Assembly (NCBI GenBank): GCA_964607485.1
Contig: CAZSKP010000005.1
Coordinates: forward strand, 101,052 to 165,051
Reading direction: 5' to 3'
DNA from: an uncultured bacterium
GTDB taxonomy: Bacteria; Abyssobacteria; SURF-5
Length of the DNA stretch: 64,000 nucleotides
A model generated the notes under the pieces. The model was not told the origin of the DNA, made no database searches, and was given only the letters and a program-made list of their open reading frames with translations. The position numbers were made by a program, and so were the translations under genes. This document shows positions 50,163 to 59,290 of the stretch, in pieces (within the stretch, counting starts at the first letter, position 1; every line of letters begins with the position of its first letter).

Positions 50163-51342
50163 CGTCCGTTCCGTCGAGAGTGGTGAACGCGGTGAGTTCA
50201 GGATCGGTCGCGTAGGCGTCGGCGGCCCTTTCCGCCGCAGCCGCCAGTATCTGTCGCTGTTCTTCTATCGGCAGCGCCGCGATCTCTTTGACTCTGCCGG
50301 GACTCTCAACAAAAGATCGTTCTTGCATGGTTTCAATAACTGTCTGTATTCCCGGACAAAGCTTCTCAGCTCTGGCCTTCGAAATGATTCCTTCAGCCAG
50401 AGCTCTCAGAACTAATTGCCTGGTTCTAATGGGGGTCTCGGGGGGATACTGCGGCCCCGGCTCCTCCTTGTGCCAGCCTTTCTTCCTGAAAGCGATGCAG
50501 ACGCTTCGGTAATACCTTTCCGAAATTACGCCGAGGTCCTTCGCGCGTCTCAGCCACGCCTGCATGCTCAGGCCGTACTTGCGCTTCAGCAACGAGAGCT
50601 CGCTCAGTTCGAGCTTCTTCCTTTTTTCGCCGAGCTCGGCGATAGCCGCCGTGTCGGGTGCCAGGAACGATGCGGCGAACCGATGCGCCACAGACTCTTC
50701 GTCCATACGCCCGACCGGTTTCGTCACCAGATGGCCGAGTTCATGAACCCAGTTGTATCTCTGTCTATCGCCGGACACGTCGGCGTTCGTGACGAGCACA
50801 GGGGTCGTTCCATTTGCCATAGCCGAGACGCCATCAATTCGCCTGTTTGCGGACAGTGCTATCACTATCAATCCCCGGTCTTCAAGCGTTTGGGCAACGT
50901 TCTCGATGGGGTTCAAACCCAGTGCCCACTTGCACCTGAGGTCTTTCGCCAGCGCTTCCACATCATTCTCGCGTCTGATAGTGACTCGTTTGGGGAGAGG
51001 CGACCTGACCGGTTTGCCACTCAGCAGGGACTCGAGCAAAAGACGATTCTCTACTGTGTCCACAATCCGTCCCTCGATCATCCCCATGTCTCGTTTGGCA
51101 AGTCCGCTGTGTTTCCGATAGGAGACAAAGGATAAGGTGACCGTTGGCTCTTTGAGAAAGCGACTGGTCTTGACTCCGAGCGCCTCGGCGATACGAATGA
51201 GGGTCTCGGAGTTTGGGACCGTTTTACCGGTTTCGTACTTCGATATGGCTTGCTTGGTGACAAAGTGTCCCATTCTGCGCACCAATTCATCCATTGAAAG
51301 GCCCCGGGCCCTGCGAATTTGTCGTATCCTTTCGCCAATCAT
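50152..51342 (-). CDS. XRE HTH plus ImmA/IrrE-family metallopeptidase with an extra C-terminal antitoxin-like tail
   Basis: IGERIRQIR..TKQAISKYETG HTH; HELGH...EE..A.RFA zinc motif; about 55 extra C-terminal residues. Confidence 0.88.
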   Translation of the reverse strand: MIGERIRQIRRARGLSMDELVRRMGHFVTKQAISKYETGKTVPNSETLIRIAEALGVKTSRFLKEPTVTLSFVSYRKHSGLAKRDMGMIEGRIVDTVENRLLLESLLSGKPVRSPLPKRVTIRRENDVEALAKDLRCKWALGLNPIENVAQTLEDRGLIVIALSANRRIDGVSAMANGTTPVLVTNADVSGDRQRYNWVHELGHLVTKPVGRMDEESVAHRFAASFLAPDTAAIAELGEKRKKLELSELSLLKRKYGLSMQAWLRRAKDLGVISERYYRSVCIAFRKKGWHKEEPGPQYPPETPIRTRQLVLRALAEGIISKARAEKLCPGIQTVIETMQERSFVESPGRVKEIAALPIEEQRQILAAAAERAADAYATDPELTAFTTLDGTDDGL

Positions 51343-51390
51343 TCCCGGTCTCCCCCCTTGTCAAGTAACTATTGCAAACGCTCCTTTTTC

Positions 51391-51426
51391 GTTGACATAT
51401 TAGCATATTTTCATCGCTTTGTCAAC
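51391..51426 (-). promoter_or_regulatory. sigma70 promoter enclosed by an inverted repeat (likely operator)
   Basis: Minus strand reads G-TTGACA-17bp-TAATAT-GTCAAC with a TGn extension. GTTGACA/TGTCAAC form the inverted repeat. Confidence 0.75.
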
Positions 51427-51661
51427 CGAGCCAGCTAGCCCGAACCCATAATGACCCTTTCGCTAATGAACCTTCCGCGAATTTTGGTCTTAGAATAAGG
51501 CGAATCCAGCTTGCGATACTTTACTTGTGAAGGTTTATCGGAACGCACACTATGTTTTCAACTCCACGCCAGTTTTCCCCTTTGTGTTGAGTTTACGGGG
51601 CCGTTGCGGATAATGTATACTCCTGAAAAAGTCCATATAGACAAAGGAAGGGGCTGAGAGT

Positions 51662-52324
51662 ATGGGCAATCACGCGATACGTCGCATCAAGGGCCTCCGT
51701 TCAGTTGCGGTGATAGGGCTGGCGGTTCTGTTGTCGTCCTGCGCCACGACTTACTACAAGACCATGGAGACATTCGGAATTCAGAAGAGGGAGATCCTGG
51801 TGGACCGCGTCGAGGAGGCGCGTGACAGCCAGGAGGAGGCCGGCGAGCAGTTTCAGTCGGCGCTCGAAAGCTTTCGAGAGGTCGCGGATTTCGATGGCGG
51901 CGAGCTTGAGAGTAAGTATGACAAGCTGAGTGCCGAGTATGAGCGCAGTAAGGCAAAGGCCGACGAGGTCAGTAAGCGAATCGCGTCGGTGGAAAAAGTG
52001 GCCGGAGATCTGTTTGACGAATGGGAGGGTGAACTCAAAGAATATTCAGACGCCCGCCTGCGGCGTTCCAGCGAGAGGATGTTGGATCAGACGCGCGACA
52101 GATATTCCGATCTCATCCGCGCCATGAAGCGGGCGGAGGCGAAGATGCCGCCGGTGCTCGCGCGACTGAACGACCAGGTGCTGTTTCTCAAGCACAACCT
52201 GAACGCTCAGGCGATCGGTTCGCTCCAGGGGGTTGCCGATAAGCTGGAGGTGGACGTGGACGACCTGCTCAAAGAGCTGGAGAGGTCCATCGCCGAGGCC
52301 AACGAATTCATTGGGCAGATGTGA
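51662..52324 (+). CDS. DUF2959 family lipoprotein
   Basis: LSSC lipobox; KREILVDRV, LFDEWE.EL and LFLKHNLNAQAI. Confidence 0.85.
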   Translation: MGNHAIRRIKGLRSVAVIGLAVLLSSCATTYYKTMETFGIQKREILVDRVEEARDSQEEAGEQFQSALESFREVADFDGGELESKYDKLSAEYERSKAKADEVSKRIASVEKVAGDLFDEWEGELKEYSDARLRRSSERMLDQTRDRYSDLIRAMKRAEAKMPPVLARLNDQVLFLKHNLNAQAIGSLQGVADKLEVDVDDLLKELERSIAEANEFIGQM

Positions 52325-52346
52325 GAGAGGCTATTTCTGAACCGGC

Positions 52347-52670
52347 TCACGCCGTCATGTCGATACGCTTGCCGACTGGTTTTTGTTCCGGTGCGGTTTT
52401 GTCTGCGGGCGGGGGCGCGGGTTCGGCGAGGCCGGTCGCGGGAGCTTCGACGTATTGTTCGTCGGCCGCGTAACCGGTGCTCAATGGAGGTTTTCGCAGG
52501 AAGGTCTCCTGTCTGCGGCCCGAGTTGGCGTTTTCTTCAGAATTGTTCTCTGTGCCGGTCAGGCTTTCGACCACTTCGATGAAGCTAGGGCCCCCTTCGG
52601 GCGGTGACTGGCCGGGACTCACCCGCCGTGTGAGAGTGGAAGACTGAAGAGGTCTGAACTTCACTTCCAT
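52347..52670 (-). CDS. hypothetical low-complexity protein ending GKRIDMTA
   Basis: AGGGGG RBS and an upstream sigma54-like motif. Confidence 0.55.
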   Translation of the reverse strand: MEVKFRPLQSSTLTRRVSPGQSPPEGGPSFIEVVESLTGTENNSEENANSGRRQETFLRKPPLSTGYAADEQYVEAPATGLAEPAPPPADKTAPEQKPVGKRIDMTA

Positions 52671-52716
52671 GACTTCGTAACCCCCTGTCGAGCGTTGGCC
52701 GCTGAGGAGAAATGGG

Positions 52717-52731
52717 GCAAATTCGATGCCA
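52717..52731 (-). promoter_or_regulatory. sigma54 (-24/-12) promoter candidate
   Basis: TGGCATC-GAAT-TTGC on the minus strand. Confidence 0.6.
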
Positions 52732-52940
52732 GGGGGCAATCGCGTCGGCCGCAATTTCTATAAACCATTATATTTCAGCATATTATGTGCGAAACGGACC
52801 CGTCTTCTCATTCTGAGGTTTCTATTGCTGCTTTCCGCTAGGCGGGCAAAAATGCCCTTCCCTGCGGAATGTTTTGCATATCGCCGGGCGATTGCCCCCG
52901 GAATGCGCGTGTGTTAGAATGGCCGACGAGGAGGTGAGCG

Positions 52941-53561
52941 ATGGGCGAACAAATCTTGAAGGTTGGAGTTCTCGGCTCGGGCAAGGGAAGCAACCTCCAA
53001 TCCATCATCGACAACGTGGCCGCGGGCAAGGTACCGGCCAAGATAGCCTGCGTGATTAGCGACGTCGAAAACGCATACATACTCGAACGCGCCCGCAAGC
53101 ACGGAGTCGAGGCGCTCTATATCGCGCCGGGCAAATACAAGACGAAGCTGGACGAGGATGCAGAGGCGACGTATATACAATGCCTGAAAGACCGAGGTGT
53201 CGGGCTGGTGGCTCTTGCCGGCTTCATGCGAATGCTGAAAGAGGATTTCGTCAACGCTTTTCCCAATCGGATAATCAACATCCATCCGTCCATTCTGCCA
53301 GCGTTTCGCGGACTCGAAGCATGGAAGCAGGCGCTCGACTACGGCGTGAAGTATACCGGCTGCACCGTCCACTTTGTTGAGATGGGCATGGACACCGGCC
53401 CGATAATCATGCAGGCGGTCGTCGAGGTGAAACCCGACGACACACCCGAGACGCTCCATCAGCGCATACAGGTAGAGGAGCACAGGATATATCCGGAAGT
53501 GGTTCGGCTGATCGCCGAAGGTCGCGTGCAACTACAAGGAAGGAAAGTAGTTACGCGGTAA
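52941..53561 (+). CDS. purN: phosphoribosylglycinamide formyltransferase
   Basis: SGKGSNLQ, LAGFMR, NIHPS and GCTVHFV. Confidence 0.97.
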   Translation: MGEQILKVGVLGSGKGSNLQSIIDNVAAGKVPAKIACVISDVENAYILERARKHGVEALYIAPGKYKTKLDEDAEATYIQCLKDRGVGLVALAGFMRMLKEDFVNAFPNRIINIHPSILPAFRGLEAWKQALDYGVKYTGCTVHFVEMGMDTGPIIMQAVVEVKPDDTPETLHQRIQVEEHRIYPEVVRLIAEGRVQLQGRKVVTR

Positions 53562-53586
53562 ATATGTCGTCGTCAGTTTTTTTCAT

Positions 53587-53615
53587 TTGACTGATGCGAC
53601 AGAATGCGTTATCAT
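53587..53615 (+). promoter_or_regulatory. sigma70-type promoter candidate for the cytochrome operon
   Basis: TTGACT-17bp-TATCAT. Confidence 0.5.
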
Positions 53616-53954
53616 GTATGTCGTCTATTCCGCTCAAAGAAGTAGAGTATGGACTCGGTGAGTCGGCGGAATCGACTGAGCCGGTAATACGCGCTGGACT
53701 TCAAAGATGAGGAGGTAAGGGTCGAACCGAATTCGCCGGTAGTTTGAGAGGGAGACAGTCGCGTCGAGCGTCTGTTTCCGTTTTGTTCGGGACGAGCAAG
53801 TGTAGCGGCAACTCAAATCTTCTGAAAATCCCCCCTCGCCCTTGCTTGTGATCACCCCCCGCAATAATCACCCCTGGCGCTTCAGTTTTGACACACCGCC
53901 TGTGCTGTACGACAATCGGCCGACAAACGAGCGGAAACGCAAAGGGCCTCGTAT

Positions 53955-55103
53955 ATGAAAAAATTCTCCGTCATCATTATCGCCTTGGCGCTCATGGCGC
54001 CTGCTCCCGAACTGGAGGCGCAACTGGAGATCGTCACCGATTCGAGCGCCAAGCCCGAGTACGTCTCGAGCCTGAACTGCGCAAAGTGTCATCTGGACAT
54101 CCACAACTATTGGAAGGATTCGCTCCACGCCAATGCGCTTGAGGACAACGTATTCCAGGCGGCTTTTATGATTGCGCTCAAGCAAGAGGGCGATGAGGTC
54201 CGCGGGATATGTCTGGACTGTCATGCTCCGACGACGTTGGCCACCAAAGACATGATGCTGGAGCTTCCGCTTTCCTCCGAGGCAATCACGTGCGATTTCT
54301 GTCACCGGACTTTCGACGTGAATCTCGGGAATGGGGAAGCACAATTGAGTCAAACGCTCGGCGACGAGAAGTACGGTCCGCTTGAACCCACGGGCGTTCC
54401 CGAATCGCATCCGTCGGTTCAGTCGGCGTTGTTCAACGACTCGAGGCTCTGCGCGACGTGTCATCAATGGACTAACCCCCAGGGCGTCGCAATTTTCGAT
54501 ACTTTTCGCGAATGGCTGAACGGCCCCTTTCCGGCGCAGGGAGTCCATTGTCAAAATTGTCACATGCCTTTGGTCGAGGGCTCTTTGGTCACCGGCAGAC
54601 CCAGGAAACCGGGCGAGAAAATCAACTCTCACAATCTTTCCGGCGGCCATTCGATAGAGCAGGTTGCCTCGGCCGCCAAAGTGAGGATTGCCTCAGTTTC
54701 TCGGGTCACGGGTGGGTTGCACGCGGTCGTCGAGGTCAGTAATGTGGGCTCCGGACACATGATTCCAACCGGCATTCCATCGCGGGCGCTCGTGCTCGAG
54801 GCACAGCTTCTGGATTCCAAGGGAAACCTGATCGAGAGCGAAAAGCATACCTTCAGAAGAGTGATTCTTGACAGCCAGCACAACGAACTCACCGCCGACG
54901 CCGACATAATTCTCAATGGCGCTTTGATATCGAAGGACAACAGGATTCCTCCCGGAGGAACGGTTGCGGTTCCGTTCGATTTTGCGGCGGCCGCAGGGCA
55001 GAAGTATCTTGTCAGGGCGACGCTACGCTACATGTACAGGCCGCTCGTCTTGCAGGAGGAGCAAATAGACATCGAGATGGGCTCGGACTCGAAGAGTCCC
55101 TGA
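53955..55103 (+). CDS. secreted pentaheme cytochrome c with C-terminal beta-rich domain
   Basis: Signal peptide; five CxxCH motifs (CAKCH, CLDCH, CDFCH, CATCH, CQNCH); GHMIPTG. Confidence 0.88.
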   Translation: MKKFSVIIIALALMAPAPELEAQLEIVTDSSAKPEYVSSLNCAKCHLDIHNYWKDSLHANALEDNVFQAAFMIALKQEGDEVRGICLDCHAPTTLATKDMMLELPLSSEAITCDFCHRTFDVNLGNGEAQLSQTLGDEKYGPLEPTGVPESHPSVQSALFNDSRLCATCHQWTNPQGVAIFDTFREWLNGPFPAQGVHCQNCHMPLVEGSLVTGRPRKPGEKINSHNLSGGHSIEQVASAAKVRIASVSRVTGGLHAVVEVSNVGSGHMIPTGIPSRALVLEAQLLDSKGNLIESEKHTFRRVILDSQHNELTADADIILNGALISKDNRIPPGGTVAVPFDFAAAAGQKYLVRATLRYMYRPLVLQEEQIDIEMGSDSKSP

Positions 55104-55154
55104 TTGGGCGAAGTGAGCGTTTTCGAACACCAAACCGAGAAGGAGGACTGCGAA

Positions 55155-55616
55155 TTGGCAGTGGAAGGCGGCGACGAAAAGAAAGAACCGATGCGTCGGC
55201 GTTCGTTTATTAATTATTGTATCGGTGCGTCTCTTGTCACGTTCGGAGGCTTTACGGCCTACGCGTTTGCCAAGTATGTCTTCCCGCCGGGCGCTCTCGG
55301 CGCGGAGACCGGGAGCGAGGCCGTGCGAATGTCGCTTGCGGAGCTTCCCGTCGGCAGCGCAAAATTTTTCCGGTACAAGGGAGAGCCCAGCGTGGTCGTG
55401 CGCGTGAACGAGAAGTCGGTCCGCGCGCTCTCGGCCGTTTGCACGCATCTTGGGTGCATCGTGAAGTGGGATGGCACCAAGAACGCGCTTGTCTGCCCGT
55501 GCCACGCGGCGGTGTTCGACGTCAACGGCAACGTCGTGGGCGGTCCCGCCCCGAGACCTCTGGCAAGTCTTCCCGCAAAGATCGCACGGGACGAGATCAT
55601 AATAGGAGAAGCGTAA
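55155..55616 (+). CDS. Rieske [2Fe-2S] subunit
   Basis: RRSFI Tat motif, CTHLGC and CPCH; AGGAGG before TTG 55155. Confidence 0.93.
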   Translation: MAVEGGDEKKEPMRRRSFINYCIGASLVTFGGFTAYAFAKYVFPPGALGAETGSEAVRMSLAELPVGSAKFFRYKGEPSVVVRVNEKSVRALSAVCTHLGCIVKWDGTKNALVCPCHAAVFDVNGNVVGGPAPRPLASLPAKIARDEIIIGEA

Positions 55617-55619
55617 CTC

Positions 55620-56363
55620 ATGGCCGAAAACGAGAAGAAAACAACGGGAGAGCAGAAACAGCCGAGTTTCGAACAGCGTTCCGGCCTGCGAGAATTATTC
55701 GAGCTGTTCTCACTGACGGGCTTCGTGTACGGACCGCTCGATGAACGGCTCGACATACGCGAGGCACTCGAGAAGAATCTCAAGAAGCCGGTTCCTTCGC
55801 ACGTCAACTGGTTGTTCTGCTTCGGGGGAATTTCTCTCTTCCTGTTTACCGTCCAGGCCGTTACCGGCATACTGCTGTTGATGTATTACCGTCCCACCAT
55901 CGCCGAGGCATACAAGAGCGTCGTGTTCGTAACCAACAACGTCCCGTTCGGATGGCTTGTGCGCGGCCTGCACCACTGGGCGGCAAACCTCATGATCATC
56001 ATGGTATTCCTCCACATGGCGCGCGTCTTCTTGTACGGAGCCTACAAGCCGCCCCGCGATTTCAACTGGGTCACGGGCGTGATACTGTTCATGCTCACGC
56101 TCGGCTTCGGGTTCACCGGCTACCTGCTTCCGTGGAACCAGATATCGTACTGGGCGACGACGGTCGGGACGGAGGTTCCCGGCGCGGTGCCCCTGATTGG
56201 AAATTTCCTCATCACGATGATTCGAGGCGGACACGCGGTAAGCCAGACGACGCTCACGCGATTCTTCGCAATACACGTGGTCATACTGCCGCTGCTGATA
56301 AGTTTCTTTTTGCTCGGCCATTTCTTCATGATACGCAAGCAGGGTATAGCGGGCCCACTCTAG
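55620..56363 (+). CDS. petB: cytochrome b6-like subunit (N-terminal half of a split cytochrome b)
   Basis: WLFCFGG, RGLHHW, GYLLPW and C-terminal IRKQGIAGPL. Confidence 0.92.
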   Translation: MAENEKKTTGEQKQPSFEQRSGLRELFELFSLTGFVYGPLDERLDIREALEKNLKKPVPSHVNWLFCFGGISLFLFTVQAVTGILLLMYYRPTIAEAYKSVVFVTNNVPFGWLVRGLHHWAANLMIIMVFLHMARVFLYGAYKPPRDFNWVTGVILFMLTLGFGFTGYLLPWNQISYWATTVGTEVPGAVPLIGNFLITMIRGGHAVSQTTLTRFFAIHVVILPLLISFFLLGHFFMIRKQGIAGPL

Positions 56364-56394
56364 CCGAAGCCCGCTCGAAAGAGGAGAAGCCACC

Positions 56395-56823
56395 ATGGCG
56401 GAAGGAATAGAGAAGAAAAAGCACGAGGAAGGCGAGCCCTTTTTCCCCAATCACATGCTCGATCAGGGGATGATGGTTTTCGTTACTCTCGCCGTCCTGT
56501 TAACGCTTGTGATGTTTTTCCCGGCTCCCATGGAGCCTCCCGCCGACCCCTTCGTGACCCCCGAGCACATCAAGCCCGAGTGGTATTTCCTCTCGGCCTA
56601 TCAGGGTCTCAAGGTGGCTGAATACTTCTCGTTCCTCGGCGCATGGGCTCCGAAGGTGCTCGGAATTCTCATTCAGGGTGCGGGGATTTTCCTGCTCGTG
56701 CTCCTTCCGTTTCTCGACAGAAACCCTGAAAGGCATCCGCGCAAGAGGCCGTTCGTCATCGGCCTGGGAATTCTGGTGCTCATCATGCTCGTCGTTCTAA
56801 CGATTTGGGGGAAGGTCTCATGA
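56395..56823 (+). CDS. petD: cytochrome b subunit IV-like
   Basis: PFFPN, PADP..TPEHIKPEWYF and LPFLDR. Confidence 0.9.
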   Translation: MAEGIEKKKHEEGEPFFPNHMLDQGMMVFVTLAVLLTLVMFFPAPMEPPADPFVTPEHIKPEWYFLSAYQGLKVAEYFSFLGAWAPKVLGILIQGAGIFLLVLLPFLDRNPERHPRKRPFVIGLGILVLIMLVVLTIWGKVS

Positions 56824-58085
56824 ACCTACCTGTTCTGCGGCTGCGTCCGGTTCTGTGGATGCTTGTGGCGACATGTGCGATGATGGGGTATCCCGTTTCG
56901 GCATTCGCGCAGGAGAGTTCCTGCGTCACATGCCACAGAGATCTGGCCGACGAGAGGCTGAGCCCGCCGGTCGAAGAATGGCTTCAGAGCGTGCATCGCG
57001 GCGCTGGTGTGGGCTGCGCCTCGTGTCATGGCGGCGACCCTCGCATCGACGACATCGGGGCCATGGCGACCGATGACTTCATCGGCGTCCCGTCGGTCAA
57101 ACAGATTCCCGAACTCTGCGCCTCGTGTCACTCGGACCCGGATAAAATGCGAAAGTATAACCTTCGCGTGGACGAGTACGACCTGTTCCGTCGAAGCGGC
57201 CACGGGCGGGCGCTCTACGAGAAGGGCGACACCAAGGTGGCCACCTGCGTCAGTTGTCACGGCGCTCACAAGATTCTGGATAAGGAAGACATCAACTCTC
57301 CCGTTCATTACACCAATGTTGCGCGAACCTGCGGCACGTGCCATTCGAATGCGGAGTACATGAAGGGATACGGCCTCCCAACCGACCAGGTCGAAAAGTA
57401 CAACAAGAGCTACCACGCGCAAATCCTCCACGGCACGATTCCGGGGAAAAATCCCGCGCTTGCTCCCACTTGCGCGAGCTGCCACACTCATAGCCCACTG
57501 CTTCCCGGCGCTGTCGAGGTCCCCGAAATATGCGGCAGATGCCATTCGGTCACGGCCAAGTATTTCAAGCTAAGCTCGCACTATGTGGCGCTGAACGACG
57601 TGGGTGTTCCCAGGTGTGTCGACTGCCACGGCAATCACGAAATCCGGTATCCCGGACCCGGCATGTTCTCCGGTAACGAACAGGGACATTGCGGTTTTTG
57701 TCATGATGAGAATTCCGACGAGTACAAGACCGGTCAGCAGATACGAGGCCTTCTCGAAGGGGCGACTGACAACGTGCAGATGATGGAACGGGAGCTTGCC
57801 GATATCGAACATTCCGGCCGCAATCTAAGCGACCTGCAGACGCTTACCGAGGAAGCGAACACATATCTCACGGAGGTTCTGCCCATCACCCACACGCTGT
57901 CCGTGGACAAAATAAAGGAGAAGACCGACCGTGCCGCCGAGAACGCGGACCAGCTCACTCAGAAGGTGACGGAGTTCAAGGCCCAGCTCAGGGCCCGGAA
58001 GAGAAACCTTGCCATCATTCTCGGCGTCATCCTTGTCAACATAGCCTTCCTGTACGTCAAACGGCGTTCGCTCGACCATTCATAG
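56820..58085 (+). CDS. nonaheme cytochrome c with coiled coil and C-terminal membrane anchor
   Basis: Signal peptide, nine CxxCH motifs and a C-terminal TM; ATGA overlap with petD. Confidence 0.9.
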   Translation: MNLPVLRLRPVLWMLVATCAMMGYPVSAFAQESSCVTCHRDLADERLSPPVEEWLQSVHRGAGVGCASCHGGDPRIDDIGAMATDDFIGVPSVKQIPELCASCHSDPDKMRKYNLRVDEYDLFRRSGHGRALYEKGDTKVATCVSCHGAHKILDKEDINSPVHYTNVARTCGTCHSNAEYMKGYGLPTDQVEKYNKSYHAQILHGTIPGKNPALAPTCASCHTHSPLLPGAVEVPEICGRCHSVTAKYFKLSSHYVALNDVGVPRCVDCHGNHEIRYPGPGMFSGNEQGHCGFCHDENSDEYKTGQQIRGLLEGATDNVQMMERELADIEHSGRNLSDLQTLTEEANTYLTEVLPITHTLSVDKIKEKTDRAAENADQLTQKVTEFKAQLRARKRNLAIILGVILVNIAFLYVKRRSLDHS

Positions 58086-58132
58086 CGAGTGCTTTGTTGC
58101 GCGTAGGCTCAACGTCGCGCGGGAGACGGCAG

Positions 58133-58993
58133 TCACCGTTCCATAATTCTCTGCAGGGCGTCGAACCATCTCGCGGCCATCTTCTCCTCGCCGCTTTCGT
58201 CCGGATGCACGCCGTCATAGGTGTCCGCTCTAGGATCGAACCCGCTGTTTTGATCGACGACGACAACGGGCGAGGCCGCCGCGGTCATTTCCGTTGCGAT
58301 GCCGTCAATCCGGCTGTTGAGGTCGTCGATACGCAAATTTGCATCGGCGTCGTCCAGGGGAATCAGCTTGGCCAACAGAACGGTCACATTTGGATTGTCG
58401 GCTCTCAGTTCGCGGATGACCTCCTTCAGTTCATTCACCGTACTGAGGGTGCTCTGTTCTCGGTAAGCGTCGTTTGTGCCGAGGTGCAGCAGGACGATAT
58501 CGGGAGTGTACTCTTTCAGCCATTCCGACAGCCTTTCGTCTTGATTATAGGGAACGCCGTTCAGAACCTGCTCGACGGCCCAGCCCCAATGTCCCTCGTG
58601 GTCGGGGTCGAAAGTCTTGCCGTCATGGGCGGGCCAGGCCGGGTTACCTCGCTCATTGGAATGCAATGAACCGACGAAGTCGAAATCGATGCCCGAGTCG
58701 ATCAGCTTTACCCACAAGTTGTACCGGTAGCTGAGATGGTCGCTGTCGGACTGGGTGATGGAGTCTCCCAGCGGCAGAATGCGTAAGGGGCCTCCCGCAT
58801 TTCGCCCCGCGAGAGTCATTTTGGGGGAATCTCTGTCAGCGTTCCTGTCGGCCAATGTCGAAGCGGCGCCTGCGGGAGATTTCGTCGGCGCCAGGCCTGC
58901 CGCCCGCGCGACCAGCAGGAGTATCCCAGCCAACATGATGATCGCGAATGCGATCAAGAGATGGCGGCCCCATTTAATCATCGAATGCGGCAT
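58133..58993 (-). CDS. SGNH/GDSL hydrolase, exported or membrane-anchored
   Basis: LGDSIT, HEGHWG, LGTND and DGVHP. Confidence 0.9.
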   Translation of the reverse strand: MPHSMIKWGRHLLIAFAIIMLAGILLLVARAAGLAPTKSPAGAASTLADRNADRDSPKMTLAGRNAGGPLRILPLGDSITQSDSDHLSYRYNLWVKLIDSGIDFDFVGSLHSNERGNPAWPAHDGKTFDPDHEGHWGWAVEQVLNGVPYNQDERLSEWLKEYTPDIVLLHLGTNDAYREQSTLSTVNELKEVIRELRADNPNVTVLLAKLIPLDDADANLRIDDLNSRIDGIATEMTAAASPVVVVDQNSGFDPRADTYDGVHPDESGEEKMAARWFDALQRIMER

Positions 58994-59031
58994 CGTCCTG
59001 CGTTTCTCCCGGCCGAAGGCTCGATGAACAG

Positions 59032-59046
59032 GCAAAGTCTATGCCT
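59032..59046 (-). promoter_or_regulatory. sigma54 promoter candidate
   Basis: AGGCATA-GACT-TTGC on the minus strand, upstream of the SGNH gene. Confidence 0.45.
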
Positions 59047-59113
59047 GCGATTTGAATAGCTCAATACAGTTATAAACTCCGTCATAACTTTCTGTCAAGC
59101 CGTTTTCGGTCGC

Positions 59114-59142
59114 TTGACTTCCCTCGTTGTTTTGAGTAAAAT
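59114..59142 (+). promoter_or_regulatory. sigma70 promoter of the tRNA
   Basis: TTGACT-17bp-TAAAAT. Confidence 0.7.
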
Positions 59143-59159
59143 TAGGGTTGCGATAACGC

Positions 59160-59243
59160 GCGGAAGTGGTGGAATTGGCAGACGCGCTGGGTTCAGGGTC
59201 CAGTGGGAGTAATCCCGTGGGGGTTCAAGTCCCCCCTTCCGCA
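59160..59243 (+). tRNA. tRNA-Leu(CAG), CCA not encoded
   Basis: Acceptor stem GCGGAAG/CTTCCGC; anticodon arm CTGGG-TTCAGGG-TCCAG; long variable arm; GGTTCAAGTCC T-arm. Confidence 0.96.
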
Positions 59244-59252
59244 CTGTGAAGC

Positions 59253-59290
59253 AGACCGCTTTTCGCAAAAGATGACGCGAAGAGCGGTTT
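59253..59290 (+). terminator. hairpin after the tRNA
   Basis: AGACCGCTTTTCGC...GCGAAGAGCGGTTT. Confidence 0.6.
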
